Source: Vitrella brassicaformis CCMP3155
Lineage: Eukaryota > Protista > Chromerida
Reading direction: 5' to 3'
Length of the DNA stretch: 64,000 nucleotides
Assembly (NCBI GenBank): GCA_001179505.1
Contig: CDMY01000452.1
Coordinates: 10,088 to 74,087, forward strand
A program made the translations under genes and the position numbers. The first letter of the stretch is position 1; each line of letters begins with the position of its first letter. Below are positions 12,550 to 25,124 of the stretch, one piece after another. Below the pieces are notes generated by a model. The model was not told where the DNA came from and made no database searches. It saw only the letters and a program-made list of their open reading frames with translations.

Positions 12550-15500
12550 ACCTAACGCAGCTTAGCGGCGATCCCGCGCTTCAACAGATTCCACGGATAC
12601 CTGAAAATGCACACATACACAGCAAGACGCGGCGATGCACGTATGTATGTATGTATGTATGTAGCTACGTGACGTCGCCCGTGGTGGCGACCTCCCTGAT
12701 GACCGCCCGCCTCCAGGTCCTCAGGAAGCCTCGCATGGTCACCAAACGCAGACCTCAGACACCATCCTGCAAATGAAACACACACCGCAACAAACCACCG
12801 ACACACAACCACAGGCAGACCGACACATGAGTGAGCCAGCCACCAAGCCACCAATGTGTGTGTGTGGATGTGCCCTCCCTCCCTCACTTTCGATTCGTCG
12901 GACCATCTTCCCGGCCCTGAGACGCAACCGAGACACACGGCGTCTCGCCATGACACAGAGAGCGAAAGCCGCAAACCCCAGCTGCCTGCATCAACATATG
13001 CGCAACGTTTGTATAGACGTCCGGGCCCGGCCTTGCAGCATATAAAATGTAAGCAGCGATGCAGCTGTCCAGCCACTCGCTGCTCTCCCATTTTTTCTGA
13101 GCTGCTGCTGCTGCTGCGGGGCTCCCTTGTACGCCGGCGTGTCCTCGATCTCGCGCTCCAGGCGGGACTTCTTCGTCGTCGATGACCATGGGGTCGTCTG
13201 GCTGGTTGACGCGCTCAACTTCCCGCCTGGCGGCCTTCTCGGCCTGCTCGTCCTCGAACACAACTATCAAACCCTACATTCAATACAAGGAATGCACAGA
13301 GATGCACTTGACGGATGCACGTGTAGGTCTATGTGTGGGTGTTCGTGTAGGCGCAGGTGTGCGTGTGCCCTCTATCTGTCTTGCCCTTGGCGGCTTACCC
13401 CGATGAAGTTTCGCAGTCCACCCGGTGACGGCTCGCCGGCAGCGGTGATGCGGGCGGCGATTTCGGCTGTCGTGGTGAGGCGGTGGTCGTTCTGCACGCG
13501 GGCGGCGATGGGGTCCATGTCTGCCCAGTGGTCGCCCTCCAGCGGCACAAAGGGAATGAAGTGTCGGAACGCATGACCGTCCCTCCTCCTTGTGCTGATG
13601 CTCCAGCTCGTCGGGCTCTGAGTCAACAGCGAAACGAGCACTCCAGTGTGCTGACACATCAACACACACAGACACACACACACACACATACACACACATG
13701 TCAAGAAATTCCTCCTTGGCTATCTCTCACAGATCACTGCTTATCTCGCCTGGCAATCCATTGACTCACCGTGGCGTGCCGTATCGTCCGGCCTCTCCCT
13801 CCGTCCGTAGTAGAACATGAAGCGGGTGTGGTTGTGCTGCTGGGGGAGATCCCCCAGCAGGTTGGCCGTCTCCTGCACTACGATGCCCCGCACACCGCCA
13901 CCGCCCATGCCGCTCAGCGTCTCCAGCCTGCCCAACATCTCGTCACCCCTCACCTGCAGGTGTGTGGGACAGACAGACAGACAGACAGATACCTCAGGAA
14001 CAAAGTGTCTCCTTTGTCCCATTCCCGACGTGATGTGTGGTGTTGGTTCGGGTCACCCACGTACCTGCCCGAGATACATGGCCCTGCGATGAGTGTGGGT
14101 GTTGACCCATCGGTGGATGTCCATGTTGTTCAGCGACTCGTAGTGCCTCTCGTCCGTGGGCGGATAACTGCTGGGGGGGCCCGTGTGGCGGTAGCCGTGG
14201 TGTGGCAGCGCCGGCTGTCCCTCCCCCCTCTCGGGCTCGCCCTCGACCACCTTGACGTCGTCCTTGTGCGGCAGCAGTGTGTTGAGGGCGCGCAGTAGCG
14301 ATGTCCTCGTCGGAGACCTCGTCGCGAGAGAGCCGCTGGCCGCCCGCCGCCTCCTCGTTGTACTTTTCTCTTTCTGGTAACGAAGCTGCTTCTCCAAGTC
14401 GGGCAGCGTCTTCAACCGAAGCTCAGCTGCACGCTTAACGCTGAAGTCACGCTCAGCTGCAGGCAGGCGCATGCCGCACCTCGTGTCGTAATACGGCAGC
14501 CCGCCCGCCACGTAGCCCCTGATGGGCTGCTCGAAGAAGCGGAGCTGGCGGAGCTGTGCCTCATTGCTGCCGATGACCACGTGGCGCACGAGGTAGTCGC
14601 CCTGTACTTCCTCCAGCATGAAGTGGTCTGGGCGGCGTGGGTCGGCTCGATATGCCTGGTGCAAACCTTCAAAGGTGTACACTGCAGGAGCAAATGGGAC
14701 ACACAGCACACCGAGAGAGAAACCATCATTAGGTACTGTGCCGTCGTCTTATTGAATTGGATGGCATGTGTTGTGTATAGCTTGCTCACCGTTCTGTGGC
14801 ACCCTTGCCGCCGCCGCTGCGGCAGCCTCAGCAGCGGCTTGGTCGGCAGCACGTTGGGCAGCCTCCACAGCTGCGATGGCTGCGGCCGCACCTGGCGATA
14901 GCGGCGGGTACAGGCCGTAGTGCTGCTGCATAGGGCCACGAGGCGTGGCCGGGGCCCCCATATCATCCCCGTTCCCCTCAACAGCGGCTAGTGTAGCCAG
15001 AGTGCCTGGCGACAGCGGTTGGAGTTTCCATGACTGAAACGACCTGCTCTCGCGTCCTCTCGACCTGCCTCGGTTCGGCCATTTTGGGCGGATCTCACCG
15101 CCCTGAGGGATGCACCAAATGATCAGAAATGGCGTCTTGCTGTTCTTCATCGCCTTGCCGCATCTCAGTCTGCGAATCAAGTCCTCGTTGAATCCACCGG
15201 CCTTGTGGTTGGCGTCGGTGTACACTGCAGGAGCAAATGGGACACAGAGCACACCGAGAAACCATCATTACCGTCGTCTTATTGGATGGCATGTGTGTGG
15301 CTTGCTCACCGTCAGGTGGGACCCTTGCCGCCGCCGCTGCAGCAGCCTCAGCGGAGGCAGGCTTCTTGGTCGGCAGCACGTTGGGCAGCCTCCACCGGGG
15401 CTGCGAGGGCTTCGGATGACGAATTTGTCCTGCATGACAAAAACACAGACGACGGAAGTATGTCAGACGGATTTCATACGGCTCTGATGGCCCTTCCCTG

Positions 15501-15570
15501 TCGTGCTGCGTCCCCGACCCCACGCACCCACCCAGCTCACCTCCGCGCCGTACAGCCGAAAAGATACCAC
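12550..15570 (-). CDS. Multi-exon hypothetical protein (lineage-specific family, possibly degenerate)
   Basis: Open exons 14749-15252, 14053-14709, 13741-14022, 13372-13704 and 12884-13270 with GT-AG boundaries. No recognisable domain; 5' and 3' ends unresolved. Confidence 0.45.
14675..15400 (-). repeat. Intragenic duplication of an exon end + intron + exon start (~14675-14875 vs ~15215-15400)
   Basis: Near-identical gtgtacactgcaggagcaaatgggacaca.agcacaccgaga...gtcgtcttatt..ggatggcatgtgt...gcttgctcaccgt...ccttgccgccgccgctgc at both sites. Confidence 0.85.
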
Positions 15571-16045
15571 CATCAGTCGCTCACAGCTCTTGCGCCGGCC
15601 AGCGCCGCGTAAGATCAGTAGCTGGCTGAGGAAAGATAGAAAGAAAAAGCGCAAAAACAAGGGAGAGACGAAATGAGACCGTCTCGTCGAGAAACTGCCG
15701 CAAACAACGAAAATTTGTCTTGTTGCTAGTTTGTGACGCCATGCTACACATGGCGGGAAATGGGAAGTGGTCAAAAAATGAGTTCAAAACATGAATTCCA
15801 TCGCCCCATTTTCTTTGCGAGCTCAAAGCTCGCAGATCTTCAGGATCGTTCATCCCTTCCCCCCGCGGAACCGGCCGCCTGCACCTGCCTTAGAACGCCC
15901 CTAGAACGCTGCCTAGAACGCCCCTAGGACGGCGGCCCACAAATTGCCTGGAGTTGTACGGCATCGGCCTCGCGCGCGTCTCTCCCCAAGGCCTCTCTTC
16001 CTCCCCGTGCTTTGTGAGCCGCATCGTCTCGAGATCTTGGCGCCC

Positions 16046-17213
16046 ATGGGTTGGTGCGGCTCATTTTGTGGTGCTGCCAGCTTTCTGGTTTGCGTCCTGG
16101 TCGGCCTTGGCGTCGTCAGCGGCCAGTCAGGCGGCAAATGTGCCCTGCAGTCGTCCGACAGCCTCGCGTCCCTCGTCCAGAACCAGATCCTTGAAGACAA
16201 GGTGCGTGCGAGGGCAATCAAAGACAGCGGGGCTGCATTTGGCTGAGTGGCATGTGTGCACCACTGCAGGTTGACAACTATGCGATTAAGGGCGTTGGGG
16301 AGGTGCGGGACGTGAATCTGTCCTCGGTGAGGCTCTTCCCCTTCAACCTGACCAACCCTGCGCCAGGCGTCGTGCAGCTCTTCGCTCCCCAGTTCAGGGT
16401 CAGCACGCGCACGCACACACATCACAGACACAGCACAGCGTTGCTTTCTCATCATCATCATCATGGTTGCCGCTGCGTCGCTCTCTTTGTCAGGCGAAGA
16501 TCAAGTACACATACGAGGTGGATCTGGGCCTCTACACCGACAAGGGCACCGGCAATGCGGTGGCTCGCGGCCCTCTGAATGTGACTTTCCTGGGCACTGA
16601 CACCGTGACCTGCAACCTGACTCGTGTCAGGATGGACATATCGTCGCCCAAGTCCGAGCAGGGGCTTCTCGGCAGCATCATCACGGGCATCGGCACGGAA
16701 CTTCTCTTCAAGGTACCAACGCCACCTATCTGCAGAGAGGTCCCTGCCACGCCGCACATAATGGCGCATGAAGCGTGTCTGTCTGTCTGGCCACCATGTG
16801 CTCAGGACCGGATCGAGAGTCTCACGCGCGGAGCCATCTGTGCGAGGGTCGAGGACTCAGTCACCGGCAAGGACCTCGAGATCCCTCAGTACGACGCACG
16901 AGCGGCCATTCCCGGGGGGCAGTCGGGCTTCCACTGGATCATGCTCGCGCTGGGCCTCGTGGTGGGCATCGCGCTGGGCGTCCTCTCGTGTGCCATCTCA
17001 CGGTGGGCCAGCTCGCCCGCCAAGAGGAAGCAGCAGGCCACCAAGACCACAGCGGCCGACGGGCAGCCGGCGGAGACCAACGGGGATCACCCATCCCCGC
17101 CAGCGGCGGGGAAAGAGGCCACATATGCGTCCCCTGAGCCCGAGGGGGAGATGGAGGCGTCGGCCCCTCCATTAAACAGCAGAGGGGCCCGGGGTGCGGG
17201 CAGCAGAGTGTGA
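16046..17213 (+). CDS. Type I membrane protein: signal peptide, beta-rich ectodomain (BPI/LBP/TULIP-like by pattern), single TM, low-complexity tail; 4 exons
   Basis: MGWCGSFCGAASFLVCVLVGLGVVSG leader; in-frame splices QILEDK|VDNY, PQFR|AKIK, LLFK|DRIE; TM WIMLALGLVVGIALGVLSCAI. Confidence 0.75.
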
Positions 17214-18041
17214 GTGAGGCGGCCAATCGTGTGTCGTTTTTCCATGACTCTATCAATGAATTAATGAGAAAGTGAGAGGTGGTGAGCGGGGAGGTCTCCC
17301 TTTGCCGGCAGTGGTGTTTAGTAGCGGGGGCTCAGTAGGGCGGGCTCTTTATCACTCTGTCTGTCGCCCTGGTAAGTGGTTAGTGTACAGGCGTACTGTG
17401 AGGACGGGTGGGCCCCCCAGACAGACAGACTGATGCATTGGTATTCGTTCTTTGTGAAGGGGAGAGAGGCTGGGGTGAATTTGCGTGTGTCTGTGAGAGG
17501 TGAGGTGTGTCCTTCTGTGTCATGATACCCAGCTCGTGGGAGGAGCTGCTGTTTTACAATGAGGCTGGTGGTGCGGCACATGGATGCGTGACGGATCGGT
17601 TGCTAATGGGTGCAGCAGCTCGACGGATGCCTGACGAGTGGCAATCAATCGTCGAGCTCCGGCGGCCATCAGCAACAGGTCCATCTCGTTGAGATGGTGA
17701 CTCCACGGGCCCACGGAGGCAGTGTAGACAGAGATTCTCTGCCTGATTGACTGATTGTCGATTGGTTCAGCTGCGTGTTGTTCCCTCTGACGTCAAGGAA
17801 CAGCGTGGCCAACGCAATTGATACATGCAGCGTCATGTACCGGCCTTGCCTTGCAAGACGTGTCTGTCTGTCGCATTCAATTCAACACAACACACAAACT
17901 GAGTCATTCACTTTTCGCGTATACCAGATGGTCACACCAGACACACAGCTACAGGCATTCGTCAAACAAGTGCATCACCTGCTTGCACCACTCTCAACAA
18001 ACAAGGAGCTGCCACCGATCTTTCCCTCGCGACACCCGTAG

Positions 18042-19253
18042 CTATGCGTCTCTCATTTCGACGTCTGCGTCGGTGACCTCGAGTCGTCCCTTGAGCATCT
18101 TGACCTCCTCCAGGACGGTTGTGGTGCCGGTGGGGAACATGACGGGCTTGGGGATGCGCGTGCGGGGGTAGGGGGCCATGATGTTGCGGTGCATCGTGTA
18201 GGCGTCCTTGGTCACCACACACAGGTCCACCTGGCCGCCAGAACCGAGGTCGTTCGTGATACCTGCATGAACCAGCCAGCAAGGCACACAGATGGGTTGG
18301 CGCTCGGTTTTCTGTTTGTCTGCCTGTGTGTGTGTGTGTCCTCAAGGATTGCTGACCAGCGAGGATGGCCTCGCTGACGAGCTTCTTGCCCTCCTCTATC
18401 GTCATGTCGTCCTTGTAACCTGTGCACACACACATACGATGATGCATGCCAACGACCGACAGGGGCAATCGATCCCCCGGCTCAGCTCATGCTGCCCCCC
18501 CATTGCCCTCATACCCCTCATTCATTACCTGTCTCGAGCATGCTCATGGCGGCGAGGCTGCCGCTGCCCATGCTAGCGAAGGGCAGGCGGTCTGTGGAGC
18601 CGTGCGGGTAGATCATGTAGAGCGAAGGCCCCGTCGGGTCCACCCCGCCCATGACCAGCGCACACCCCACGTAGCCCATGTAGCGGAACAAGTGCTGGCT
18701 CAGCATCGTCACGGCCGTACCAACACGAGGCGTCCGGTGCAGAGTCAGCCTGCAGGTGGGCAGCCAACGACAGACATGACATGATGAGAGAGAGAGGGTG
18801 ATATTGACAGACTGTCTCGGTAGTGATGTGGGCGAGGCGGTCACCTCATGAGTTCGAGGTCAGCGGCGAATTTCTTGGTCGTGTGCTCCAGGTCTGCTGC
18901 CGTGCCGGCGCCAGCACAGCAGATGTTGTCGGCCATCTTGTGCAGCTTCTCGCAGTTCTTGTCGGCCACTATGTCACCAGCTGCAGGCACACATTGCCAC
19001 AGACGGCAGGGCATTTTGTCTGCCGCTCCTCTCTGCATGTTTTCGCCACCTGACCGGTGGCGCGTGTGTCTGCGCCCAGTACGACGCCTCCGTCGCACAC
19101 GACGCCGCAGATGGTGGTGCCTGTCTTCTTGAGGTCGGGCATCTTGAAGGCCTGCGGGTCACTGCTGGCGAGGAACTGGTTGCGCTGGTAGTTGTCGAAC
19201 ACGAAGCCCGCGCCCTTCTGCGCCACCAACGTCTCCACGTAATCCACCGGCAT
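18042..19253 (-). CDS. PSMB7: 20S proteasome subunit beta-2 (beta type-7), 5 exons
   Basis: Propeptide then KTG|[68 protein letters not shown]. Confidence 0.95.
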
Positions 19254-19417
19254 GACTCACTCAAAGCAGATCTCCCTCGGGGTCTCTCTGCACCCAAGAT
19301 GCGACACCGAATTAGTTGATCTGGCAGCACCGAATTCGCCCTGCCTCTCTGGAGCAGTTTCACGGAAGAAAGAATCGTGCGAGCTGTTTCGTGAACGTCA
19401 TTTCGTGGAGAGCGAAG
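19254..19417. promoter_or_regulatory. Putative compact bidirectional promoter (PSMB7 / SLC35B1)
   Basis: Divergent ATGs 164 bp apart. Confidence 0.5.
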
Positions 19418-20539
19418 ATGGAGAAGATGCCGTCGCCCAGCCACATGAACGGCATGAACGGCGTGCCGACGGAAAAGGACAAAGCTGTCAGGCACCACCC
19501 CCCCCCGCCAGCCTTCGACCTGCTGCTGGGCGTCCTGTGCGTGGCGGGCATCTACGTGTCATACAGCATCTTCAGCGTCTTCCAGGAGAAGATCTACACC
19601 ATCAGGGACGCTCACTCGGGACACAAGTTCAAGTACGGCGTCTTCCTCGTCTCCTGCATCGCCTTCTGCGCCTTCATCGTGGGCGCCAGCGGGCTGCTCA
19701 TCGAGAAGAGGCTCAACTTGGCACAGATCCGGCGCAAGATCAACCAGGAGACCGTCACGAACTTCGCGCTGATCTCGCTGACGTATGTGGGGGCGATGCT
19801 GTCGAGCAACTACGCGCTGCAGCATGTCAACTACCCGACTCAGGTGCTGGTCAAGAGTGCCAAGATGGTGCCGGTGGTGGTGGGCGGCTTTCTGCTCTTC
19901 CGCAAGACCTACCCTTGGTATGACTACCTCAGCGTCTTCCTCGTGACGACGTCGCTCATCTGCTTCAACCTCTTCAAGGAGGGCGCCAAGAAGCACGCCG
20001 TCTCGACCTTCATGGGCGTGGCGCTGTGCTTTGTGTCGCTCCTGTGCGACGGGCTGACGGGGCCGCGGCAAGACCACCTGATGAAGAAGTACCACGTGAC
20101 GAAGTTCGAGCACATGACCTTCACCAACCTGTTTGCCCTCGTCTGGACGGCCCTCTTCATGTTTGTCCTCGAGGGCGTGGCGCCCGTCACTTTCTGCATC
20201 AACAACCCCTCGGCAGTGTGGGCCGTCTTGCTGTGCGCATCCTGCTCTGCGCTCGGGCAGATCTTCATCTTCTTGAGTCTGACGTCCTTCGGGGCTCTCT
20301 ATCTGTCGCTCATGACGACCACCCGGAAGTTTTTCACCATCCTGCTGTCGGTGGTGCTCTACGGCCACCACCTTAACGCTATCCAGTGGACCAGCGTGTT
20401 CGTCATCTTTGCCGGCATATTCCTGCAGACCTACTGCAAGAATGGCGACAATAACAAGCGGACAAAGCAACACGGCAAGGAGGCGGAAATGAGTGGCAAG
20501 ATCACCGCAGCAGAGGAGAAAGAGGGCAAGAACAGCTAG
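19418..20539 (+). CDS. SLC35B1: UAA-family nucleotide-sugar transporter (SLC35B1/HUT1/UGTrel1-like), intronless
   Basis: YSIFSVFQEKIY, SNYALQHVNYPTQVLVKSAKMVPV, SLLCDGLTGPRQD, TTTRKFFTILLSVVLYGH; about 10 TM segments. Confidence 0.9.
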   Translation: MEKMPSPSHMNGMNGVPTEKDKAVRHHPPPPAFDLLLGVLCVAGIYVSYSIFSVFQEKIYTIRDAHSGHKFKYGVFLVSCIAFCAFIVGASGLLIEKRLNLAQIRRKINQETVTNFALISLTYVGAMLSSNYALQHVNYPTQVLVKSAKMVPVVVGGFLLFRKTYPWYDYLSVFLVTTSLICFNLFKEGAKKHAVSTFMGVALCFVSLLCDGLTGPRQDHLMKKYHVTKFEHMTFTNLFALVWTALFMFVLEGVAPVTFCINNPSAVWAVLLCASCSALGQIFIFLSLTSFGALYLSLMTTTRKFFTILLSVVLYGHHLNAIQWTSVFVIFAGIFLQTYCKNGDNNKRTKQHGKEAEMSGKITAAEEKEGKNS

Positions 20540-20889
20540 CCGAATAGAGAGAGAGGTAGCTGACGGACAGTAGAGAGAGATGCGATTGACTGAGTGAACG
20601 AGTGCGTCTGCCCGACGGACGAATGGCGCGTAGGGAAGGTTTCGATATGCTTTCCGTTCCCCAGTCTGTGTGAGTGTCTCTCCGTTTATGAGTGGGGGGG
20701 ATCCTTGTGCGTAGTGAGGTTTTCCATACGTGTGCATCATGAGCCCCAAAGACTCCGAACCGTTTGGGCCCATGAGGATTGATTAATTAATTCATGTGAC
20801 TACACACCACATCTCTGTCCATCCCGTAGAAAAAATGCCCCCACACATCATGTCATCACCATCCCCCATCCATCCACCACATCAGAGAG

Positions 20890-23800
20890 TCAGTTGGCGG
20901 CTTTCGCCTGTGCAGCCAACTCTAACAGCGACCCACCGCCCGCCCCCGAGGCAGCCCGAATGAGCCGCCCCTCGGGCACGGTGACCGACGGCATGGCGCC
21001 GTGGACAATCAGCACCAACAGGGGCGGACGGCTGCCCTTCGCTACACCCTTGCCGCCCTTCTGCACACACACACACACACACACAGATGGTGGGGTGGTT
21101 GCTGTCTTTGTGTATCTGACCTTGCCAGTGGGCGGCAGTGGCTGGTTCGGCGAGGGCATCTGCACAAACGACGTCAGGAAGTCCACCATGAGCTTGGGGC
21201 CGCCACTGAGGCTCACACCTGCACACAACCACCGCACACACACAAATGGCGCATATCACAGCGGACAAGACGCGAGACGTTAATTCTCTCTTCTTATGCT
21301 GACTCGGTGCAGGTGGCTGTGCGACGGGCGCTGCTACGAAGGGCATGGCCGACGGGCCCCCACTGCCGCCCACAGGCTTGCCAAAGCGGCTCAGGAAGTC
21401 CACCAAGGCAGCCACTACATCCTGGTGATCACACCCCCCACCAGCATCCCAGCACACCATTGGCGGACATGATGGATGGCCGGGATGTCTCTCTCGTTTA
21501 CTTGGCTGTCTTTGGGATCTTGAGGCAGGTTGAAGTCGACAGCAGCTATCTCTACAGTGGTGGACCGGGCACTCACCGGGCCGTAACGAGGCTCACGACA
21601 ACTGCACATCATGACGGCACAACACAACGCGCAGACGTTTTGTTGTTTGGTGTCTCTTCAAGGGTCAGATTCGTTCGTCCATTGACCCACCTGTTAGGGT
21701 CGGTGAAGTCCTGCAGGTGTGGATTCAACTTGACATGTGCCTGTAGACTGACCGCCACGCTCTGCGGCTCCCCCGCCAGCCGCATACCTCCCGCGATCTC
21801 CTCTACCAATCCATCGCCGGAGCTAAACGCTAAGGTACCGCCGCCACCGCGACACCCGCCACTATCCCTACTCGCGCCACCCGCACCCTCCTCCCCCATC
21901 GCCTCCTCTGGCTGCTCCTTCATCCCACTGGTCGCCGCCATCGGCCCCTCTGCCCCCAACCTGCTTTGGATGAGTGACATCAGCAGGCTGCCCGCTGTGC
22001 TGTCGTCCTCCGCTCCCTCTCGCTCGTCCGTCGGCGGCTCCTCGTTGGGCTCGGCACTGTCGTCCTCCTGCTCCGGGCCGCCCTCCGCTGTGGCGGTGCT
22101 GTCGGCGTGTGGGTCGGGGTGCGATGGTGTGCTTCGCCAGGCGGCCTGTATGTTGGTGACGGTGTTGTCGGTGGATGTGCGGAGGGCCGCGAGGGTGTGT
22201 GCGAGGGTGTGGAGGAGGCCGGGGGTGGTGGGCTGGCCCCAGAAGGTGTCCCTGGCGCCACTGGTGTCGGTGCCGATGTTGAGGAGACACAAATTCTGAC
22301 CCTCTGAAGGCAGCAACAGGAGAGAGAGGGAAGGATGAGGGGCGGGGTGTGTGGAATGCATGGGTGGCGGCTCACTTGCGATGACGTCCTCTACCACTCC
22401 TGCGATGTCACCGAGTAGCTGCTCGGGGAGAAAACGCAACGGAGAATGAGAGCAGAAGGGCCGTGATTGTGTGTTGGTTTCACCGACCTGCTTGAGTTCG
22501 TAGGAGGTGTCAGCCTGCTGTGACGGTGCCGTGCCGTCGACAGACTTGGGGTCCGACCAGTCGACCATCAGAATGTGGTTCGGCCGCCCCAGCCGATTCG
22601 ACACTGCAAACCACACATAACAACAGCAACAACAACAACATACACAATCCCTTCTCCTCATTCCCTCCCGTCCAACCCCTTACCGAGCAGCCTGTGGAAG
22701 CCCAGCAAGGCCTCATAGGTCCCCTTGGCATCCTTGCCCTTCTCCTCCTCTGCTTGCGGCTTGGCCGGCTGCGGCGCACACGATGGCGCGGGGCCAAACA
22801 TGGACGCCAGCAGCGACATGCCTGACGCAGACGCCGCGCCAGGCATGGCAGCGATGGCCTTGAGGTCTATGGCGGGGGCGGGCGGGGGATGGGCCGGGAC
22901 GGGCTTGGCATCCTTGGTGATTGTGTCGGCCACATCCAAAGGGAAGGTCAGCCGGACGGCGAATGGGTCGGGGGCTGCCGGCTTGGTGGTGGGGGCTGTC
23001 TTGGTATCGTCGTTACTGGCCTTCTCCTGCTCGCTCGTGGGCAGGTCGATTTTTACAGGGCGTGTTGATGTGTCCGGTGCCTCGCCCTTCTCGCCATGGT
23101 CATCCTCCTTTTCCCCCTTGGCCGCTTCCCCGCTCCTGACCAGTCTGCAGACGACACGCGGCCGGGGGCCGGCCTGGTGCTGCTGGTAGTAGGGGGACTG
23201 CTCGAGCAGTGTCTGGATCTTGCGCATGAGAGCGTCGGTGTGCTGCAGCTCACGCAGATGCTGCTGCTCTATCTCGGCCAAGCCGACCTTCCCCGCCTGC
23301 AAATCAGCAGTAGCAAAGATGTGTGTGGATGGATGGATGGATGCCTCGCTGTCCCCGCGCTCTCTCACGTGCATCTGCTGCCGCAGTGTGTCCTTCTGCG
23401 TGCCGTGCTGCTGCTTGTCCTTTGCGCACCGCCTCAGCTCATCCTCTATCGCCCTAGCCCCCTCCTGCGTGGCTCTCCGCTGCTTGTCAAGCGCCAAATT
23501 CTCCATGACCAGCCGGTTGCCCTCCTCACGGAGCGCATCCAGCCGGCCGGTCTTGCCATCCTTCTCGCCCCTGGCGGTCGCCTGCCGGTCCCTCCGCCCT
23601 CCCAGTGCCGTGCGAGTGTCGGCCGCCTTGGTCCTGACCTGCTCCTTGACCTCATCTCGGGCCTGGCGCAGGTCGCCCACGGCCTCCTTGGCCCGCTCGA
23701 GTAGCTCCTCGACGGCGGCTTTCTCCTCGGTGAGCTGCCGCTGCTGCTCCTCCTTGGCTGTGATCTGGCTCTCGAAGCGCCTAACGGCGGCGTGGAGGGA

Positions 23801-23902
23801 ATCCCGGCCGCCCTCGTGCCCAGCAGGCTGCCTGATACGGGCACCTGCACCACGACCACTGCCAGCGTCGCCGGCGGCGTCAAAGGGCTTGCGATGCCGC
23901 AT
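20890..23902 (-). CDS. Hypothetical protein with N-terminal coiled coil, multi-exon
   Basis: MRHRKPF ATG at 23902; long heptad Glu/Gln/Arg-rich ORF 22658-23902; further GT-AG exons to stop at 20890. Confidence 0.6.
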
Positions 23903-23990
23903 ATCTCCGGATCGAGGGATTGCGGGGGACAAAAGATTGCCAGGACGAGCTCGCTCTGCGTATGTAAACGAATGCGTCAGCCGATCAATT
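23903..23990. promoter_or_regulatory. Putative bidirectional promoter (coiled-coil gene / GT64)
   Basis: Divergent ATGs only 88 bp apart. Confidence 0.45.
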
Positions 23991-25124
23991 ATGAGCGGTC
24001 AGCCGCCAGCTCACAGCGCATTTGCGTCCATATCGCCTCCTTACTTCATGGGCGTCGCCGAAGTCGCCACAAGGATCGAGAAGCTGCCGCTGCAACAAAA
24101 GTGCTTCCTGGCCTGGCTGGCCGTGGTCTTCTTGGTCTGTTTCTGCCTCCTTGTGGTGCAGCCGGAGCCGCAGACCCTCGTCGTGACCTCACCAGAGTCT
24201 TTGCGGCGGAAGAAGGCCCTTGAGGGAACGCCCTACTCGCCAGTGGAGTGCTGCCCATCCATCGCTGGGCTGGAGAACGTTTCCTCTGCACTGCAGCCGG
24301 AACAGATGGTGGACTCGAACAAGTTCTACACGGTGACCATCTTCACTATCGGCGCTGACGTGGAGATGCTGCGGACAATGACGCGCCGAATCGGGGCCTG
24401 CGACAAGATCGACCGCATCCTGATCCTCTGGAACACAGCTGCCACGCCCCCGGAGCCATCCTTCCTGGCTGCCGGCCAGTTCGCAGACCGCATCGTGGTG
24501 GTTCAGGAGCTGCGGGACTCGCTGCAGAACAGGTTCTTGCTCGTGCCGGCACACGCGAGGACAGAGGGGATTGTGTCCATCGACGACGACATGACCGGCA
24601 TCTCGTGTGAGGAGCTGGATGGGCTGTTTGACAGGTGGAGAGACGCGCAGCAGTGTGCGGTTGTGGGGCCGACGGTGAGGACCATTGAGGGGAGGGGGAG
24701 GGCCGCCATGGGTGCTGGTGCCACCAACCCTTACCTGGTCAGTGTCGGCCCCCAGCCGTATCGGCTGCTCGAGTACGTGCAGAGGGACTCCCGGCCGCCT
24801 CACCTGATCCTCACCAATGTGGCCATTTACAGCAGGTGCATGGCTGTCGTCTACAGCCACGTGCTGCCCCGATTTCTGATCGGCTATGTGGACACTCTGA
24901 TGAACTGTGAGGACATTCTCTTCAACTTCATGCTGCACTCGTTCACGAGTGGGGTGCGGGTCAAGGCCAGCAGCCACCCTGACAGGCTGCACGCGCCGCG
25001 TGAGCAGCGGCACAACAGGCAGAGGCAGTCCATCAGCCTGAAGGACAAGTATGCACACCAGAAAAAAAGGGATGCGTGTGTGATGTACTTCACGCGGGTG
25101 CTCGGAGATATAAGGCAGGGCTAG
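23991..25124 (+). CDS. Glycosyltransferase family 64 (EXTL2/EPC1-like), type II membrane, intronless
   Basis: N-terminal TM FLAWLAVVFLVCFCLLVV; RILILWN, DSLQNRF, TEGIVSIDDD (DxD), MNCEDILFNF, KRDACVMYF. Confidence 0.85.
   Translation: MSGQPPAHSAFASISPPYFMGVAEVATRIEKLPLQQKCFLAWLAVVFLVCFCLLVVQPEPQTLVVTSPESLRRKKALEGTPYSPVECCPSIAGLENVSSALQPEQMVDSNKFYTVTIFTIGADVEMLRTMTRRIGACDKIDRILILWNTAATPPEPSFLAAGQFADRIVVVQELRDSLQNRFLLVPAHARTEGIVSIDDDMTGISCEELDGLFDRWRDAQQCAVVGPTVRTIEGRGRAAMGAGATNPYLVSVGPQPYRLLEYVQRDSRPPHLILTNVAIYSRCMAVVYSHVLPRFLIGYVDTLMNCEDILFNFMLHSFTSGVRVKASSHPDRLHAPREQRHNRQRQSISLKDKYAHQKKRDACVMYFTRVLGDIRQG

Noticed and set aside
12990-13090. EWLDSCIAAYIL resembling the Ulp1/C48 protease WLxD motif (transposon-associated SUMO protease)
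   Set aside because: No His-Asp-Cys triad or flanking transposase is visible.
19559-20773. 404-aa antisense ORF over SLC35B1
   Set aside because: Mirror frame of a GC3-rich coding gene; no motifs.
23220-23990. N-terminal extension of the 634-aa ORF before the GT64
   Set aside because: Antisense to the coiled-coil gene. The real start is the ATG at 23991, just before the type II anchor.
24189-25058. 289-aa antisense ORF
   Set aside because: Shadow of GT64.
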